A stretch of 64,000 nucleotides of DNA from an uncultured bacterium (GTDB taxonomy: Bacteria > Chloroflexota > UBA5177 > JANWHV01): the NCBI GenBank assembly GCA_963729625.1, contig CAVSOU010000010.1:832001-896000 (forward strand), written 5' to 3'. The number at the start of each line of letters is the position of its first letter. Position 1 is the stretch's first letter. Below, one piece after another: positions 60,277 to 64,000 of the stretch. The translations under genes were made by a program, and so were the position numbers. The notes beneath the pieces are model-generated. The model did no database searches. It worked only from the letters and a program-made list of their open reading frames with translations, and was not told the DNA's origin.

Positions 60277-62697
60277 TCAGCGGAGCGTGACTTCAATCGT
60301 GTGTTCCCCGAAGCCGAAGATCGGCGCGACATTGCCTGCCACGACCTCCCCGTCGACGAGCAGCGATCCTGTTCCCTTGCAGATGTGGTGGGGATTCTTG
60401 ACCGCAATAAAGTACCTAGCGTTGCGCCACCTGCGAACCATTTCGAAGCCGTTCCAGGCGCTGGGTATGCACGGGTCGACAACCAGGCCATCGAATGATG
60501 CTCGCACACCGAGAATCCACTGGATGGCAGCAACGTAACACCAGGAGCTCGTCCCCGACAGCCATGCGTTTCGCGCCAGACCAAATTGCGGGTGCTCATC
60601 GCCCAGTATGTTCTGCGGATAGCAGTACGGCTCAGACTCAAACTCGTCGAGATTGTCGTTCTTGGCGACGGGATTCATCTGGCTGTAATACTGAAACGCA
60701 CGATCGCCGCGGCCCAGCAGGCACTCGGCAATGATGGCCCAGGGATTCGCGTGGAGGAAGATGCCACCGTTCTCCTTCGCGCCGGGAGGGTATGTCGTTA
60801 CGCCGCCGAGTTGCGGATCGAAACCACGATAGCTCGGCCACGACAACTTGATCCCGTTTCGCGTATTGACGATCTGATGGAGGCTGTCCATTGCCCGTAC
60901 TGCCCGTTCGCCGCCGGCAAACCCCGATAACACAGGCCACGTCTGTCCGTTCGTGAAGAACCTGCCGTAACGGTTCGTGCGCGATCCGACCGGTTTTCCC
61001 GCGTCGTCGAAATAGCGTACCCACCAGTCGCCATCCCAGGCCGCGTCGTTGACTATGCGCTTCATCTCGTTGTAATAGCCTTGGAATTCGGCCTCCTCGT
61101 CGCGGCGGCCAGTGACGCTGGCCACTTCCAGCGCTTCGCGCAACGCCGTGCCGAAGAGATTCGCGTTAAACAGCGACTCGGACCCTGCGGGCAGGTTTAC
61201 CGTATCGTTCCAGTCGGCGTAACCGAGGTGAGGCAAGCCGTGCCGTCCACGATCGTTCCAGGTGAAGCGGAGCGAGCGGCAAACGTGCTCCCAAACGGTT
61301 CCGGTTTCAAGGGACAGTCCGGCGCGCCCGTCTTTGTCGTAGTACGGAATGAACTTGTCGAGAAAACCCAGGTTGCCCGTCTCTTTCAGGTAGGCAGCCA
61401 CAGTAAGCACGATCCACAGATGATCGTCGCCGTAGTAGCTTCGCCAGTGTTCATTCGCCGGCGCCTCGCCCGAAGTTGCTTCCATTGTCGAAGGAAAATA
61501 CTGATGCATCGCAGACCCGTCGCGCCGCTGCACGGACAGCAGATTCTCGGCCAACTCGCGTGCCTCCTCGGGCATGTGGCTCGTCACGCCGAGCAAATCC
61601 TGCGACGAGTCACGGAAGCCGATACCGCGGTCGGATCCGTAGCCAAGCTGGTAAAGGGAGAGATAGCGCGACCAGTTCTTCGTCGTGTAACACTGGCGCG
61701 GATTGTGCAGATTTACCAGGGAATTGAAACAGTCGTCGGGTGTCCGAACCTGTATTGCCTTGAGGTACTCGTCCCAGAACGCCGCCAGGCCGCGGAAGGC
61801 CGTATCGACGGATTCCAGGTTCCGGAACCTCTCGATCTCGGCACGGGCGGCGCCCAGATCGTGTGCCTGGCCGAGCTGCGTACACGCGCGGAACGTTGCC
61901 CCAGGCGCCAGCGCGCCGACGATAATGAGCAACGCCGCGATATTGTCGCCTCGCGAGCACTCTGAATTCGAGAGGAGCGGTGCATCGAGCGAGAGAGGGT
62001 GTGCCCAGGAACCCATCTCGTTGTTGCCAAGGAACCTGCGGCGGTCTCCCTCAAACGAAGCGACAGGCTTGTCCGCGGTCACGTAGTTGATGCAAGAGTC
62101 CCGCCGCATAAACGCGTATTGCTCCAGGACCACGTGTCCTGTAGGCTCGTAGTGCGATTTGAGTGTCATTGTTTGCGGAACCCAGTCCGCGTTCGTCAGC
62201 TGCTTGAGTGCGTCAAAGTGGCTGAATTCGTAAACCGGGCAAATGTCAAGTTCCTGCGGCGCGTCGCTCATGTTTGTGAGGCGGATGTCCTGGAGTAAAG
62301 TCGACGCGCCGGCCGGGACGAATATCGTAATCTCAATGCGCAGGCCCCGATGCTCGACAAGCCACCGCATGTATGACAGTCCGACGTGGCATTCCCATCT
62401 ATCCGGCCATTCCAGCGTCGGAGTGACGAAAGGGCTGAACAACGCATAGGAGCCGTCCAGCCGCTTGATACGAACATACACTGTGGAGCCCTTGAAGTCG
62501 GAGTTTGGCAGCCACGCAAGGTACTTGGTGATGCGGTTGAGCGCCGGATCGCCTTTGCAGATGAGACTGCCTCCGGTAGTGTCGACGATGCCGCCGAACT
62601 CGAGCGTACCGACATAGTTGCACCACTTGATTGGAGTCGCGGGCGTGGTCAGGACATATTCTCGTGTGGTGTCATCGAAGTACCCATATTTACCCAT
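60277..62697 (-). CDS. GH94 glycoside phosphorylase (cellobiose/chitobiose phosphorylase family)
   Basis: GFRDSSQD, DDHLW, ADWND, PGAKENGGIFLHANPW, EPYCY, WLSGT. Confidence 0.93.
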   Translation of the reverse strand: MGKYGYFDDTTREYVLTTPATPIKWCNYVGTLEFGGIVDTTGGSLICKGDPALNRITKYLAWLPNSDFKGSTVYVRIKRLDGSYALFSPFVTPTLEWPDRWECHVGLSYMRWLVEHRGLRIEITIFVPAGASTLLQDIRLTNMSDAPQELDICPVYEFSHFDALKQLTNADWVPQTMTLKSHYEPTGHVVLEQYAFMRRDSCINYVTADKPVASFEGDRRRFLGNNEMGSWAHPLSLDAPLLSNSECSRGDNIAALLIIVGALAPGATFRACTQLGQAHDLGAARAEIERFRNLESVDTAFRGLAAFWDEYLKAIQVRTPDDCFNSLVNLHNPRQCYTTKNWSRYLSLYQLGYGSDRGIGFRDSSQDLLGVTSHMPEEARELAENLLSVQRRDGSAMHQYFPSTMEATSGEAPANEHWRSYYGDDHLWIVLTVAAYLKETGNLGFLDKFIPYYDKDGRAGLSLETGTVWEHVCRSLRFTWNDRGRHGLPHLGYADWNDTVNLPAGSESLFNANLFGTALREALEVASVTGRRDEEAEFQGYYNEMKRIVNDAAWDGDWWVRYFDDAGKPVGSRTNRYGRFFTNGQTWPVLSGFAGGERAVRAMDSLHQIVNTRNGIKLSWPSYRGFDPQLGGVTTYPPGAKENGGIFLHANPWAIIAECLLGRGDRAFQYYSQMNPVAKNDNLDEFESEPYCYPQNILGDEHPQFGLARNAWLSGTSSWCYVAAIQWILGVRASFDGLVVDPCIPSAWNGFEMVRRWRNARYFIAVKNPHHICKGTGSLLVDGEVVAGNVAPIFGFGEHTIEVTLR

Positions 62698-63194
62698 GGG
62701 CTGTATCACTCTCCTTCTCTGGTGCGTATCCAGGAACCAGGGCTCCAGTAGCTGAGGAAGGTCACCCATCCCAGCGCCGTTCGAGCCATGAGTCGGACCA
62801 AGCAGACTGTCGTGACAACATCCCAGCTGTAGCGGAATCGGCGCGGTTCCTGTGCCACCCTGGAGCGCCCGATGCCGATCATGCTGCTCACGGCGAAGCC
62901 GACCACTGCCATTGACCGTTTGCGGAGGCCATGTGCTCGAGCGTCAGTATACTAGACTATCCCCCAGGCAGGTCCACGGTATTCGGCGACACTATGCCGC
63001 GAGAGCGTCACGATTCTAGCCGCGCAAGCCCAGTCTCACACTAATCCGATCGCCGTCGCAGCGTGAAGAAACCGCAAGAAGTCATGGCCGAGCTACAATG
63101 CAGCAGGGGCCGGGTCAACTGCCCGGGGCGCCGGCTTCTGCATCAGTCATCGCAGCCCCAGTGCGACGTACACGAGCAGTGAGGGGAGCGTCTT

Positions 63195-63944
63195 TTGCCC
63201 GCACTACGCGCGGTGCTCTTCGATCTTGGCGGAACTCTCTGGGAATGGTATCCCGGCCTGACGCCGGAAGGGATCCTTGCCACGGTTGCCCCGAAAGCAG
63301 TGGAGCTGCTCACTCCGGACCAGGCGGCATCGGTGACACCGGAGCGTCTCGCTGCTGTAATACGCCAGACCTACCTCGAGCTAGAGGACGCTGCGCGCCG
63401 CGGCGACACGTCGCCGATGCCCAACGAGTTGATTGCGCGGCGCGGGCTGGCGAAACTGGGGGTGTCAATTGATCCCGCGACTGCCAGCGCGATCGTCGAC
63501 GCACTCTACGTATCGGAACGCCAAACTACCAGGCTGCTGCCTCATGTCGTGGAGATGCTCGGCGCGCTCAGCAGGTCCGGCCTCCGGATCGGTATCGTCT
63601 CCAACCGCATGTATGGCGGCGACCGGCTGCGGAACGACCTTGCGTACTTCGGCGTCGACCGGTACTTCAGCTGCATCGTGACCTCGGCAGAGGTCGGCCA
63701 GATGAAGCCGCATCCATCCCTGTTCCAACAGGCGCTGTCGGAGCTGGACCTGGCGCCGAGCGCCGCGATGATGGTTGGTGATGATCTGTGCTGTGATGTC
63801 CGCGGCGCGCTCGACGCCGGTCTTCACGCGGTCTGGGTGAGGCGCCCGCCTGAGCGTCGCGACGGTCCGCCCAAGGGCGTCCCATCGATCAAGGGCATGG
63901 ACGAGTTGATCGCGGCAATCGACAGGCTACGCGGTTCCTCGTAG
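63195..63944 (+). CDS. HAD family hydrolase
   Basis: FDLGGTL, IVSN, KPHP, MVGD...DVRGA; GGGGAG RBS before TTG. Confidence 0.9.
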   Translation: MPALRAVLFDLGGTLWEWYPGLTPEGILATVAPKAVELLTPDQAASVTPERLAAVIRQTYLELEDAARRGDTSPMPNELIARRGLAKLGVSIDPATASAIVDALYVSERQTTRLLPHVVEMLGALSRSGLRIGIVSNRMYGGDRLRNDLAYFGVDRYFSCIVTSAEVGQMKPHPSLFQQALSELDLAPSAAMMVGDDLCCDVRGALDAGLHAVWVRRPPERRDGPPKGVPSIKGMDELIAAIDRLRGSS

Positions 63945-64000
63945 CCACGTGCCGCTCCGTCGCGCTGGAATTCGATGAGGCCGCGGAGTAGGTGCGTCGG

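Noticed and set aside
62706-62912. 68-aa ORF upstream of the GH94 gene
   Set aside because: Its position is plausible, but no motif is recognisable; left uncalled.

Overview
GC-rich bacterial chromosomal window, probably Chloroflexota (inferred from gene content). From left to right: (1) a partial, divergent NAD-dependent DNA ligase; (2) a signalling locus with a small secreted peptide, a Cys/His-domain-BTAD-STAND-TPR regulator, an unannotated 38-aa peptide ending GAGCGWW, a DUF5317 membrane protein and a membrane-anchored GAF-GGDEF-HD-GYP protein; (3) a GH13 hydrolase, a MazG-like protein and small secreted proteins; (4) a Tat-exported molybdopterin oxidoreductase operon (catalytic, FeS, NrfD-type anchor and TorD-type chaperone); (5) a cytochrome b6-like operon with no Rieske gene; (6) a hopanoid cluster (idi-2, GT2, squalene/phytoene synthase, hpnG, hpnA, hpnH, frameshifted shc); (7) nadE, DUF2851, a Ser/Thr kinase with a PQQ propeller, a candidate 6S-like RNA and tRNA-Val; (8) assorted metabolic genes; (9) a partial dcw cluster (murD-ftsW-murG-murC-murB-ftsQ-ftsA-ftsZ); (10) a GH94 phosphorylase and a HAD hydrolase. 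The best candidate for an undescribed system is the peptide + DUF5317 + GGDEF/HD-GYP module, which looks like a peptide signalling circuit wired to c-di-GMP. Three apparent single-base frameshifts may be assembly errors. All family assignments come from motif recognition by eye; no searches were run.
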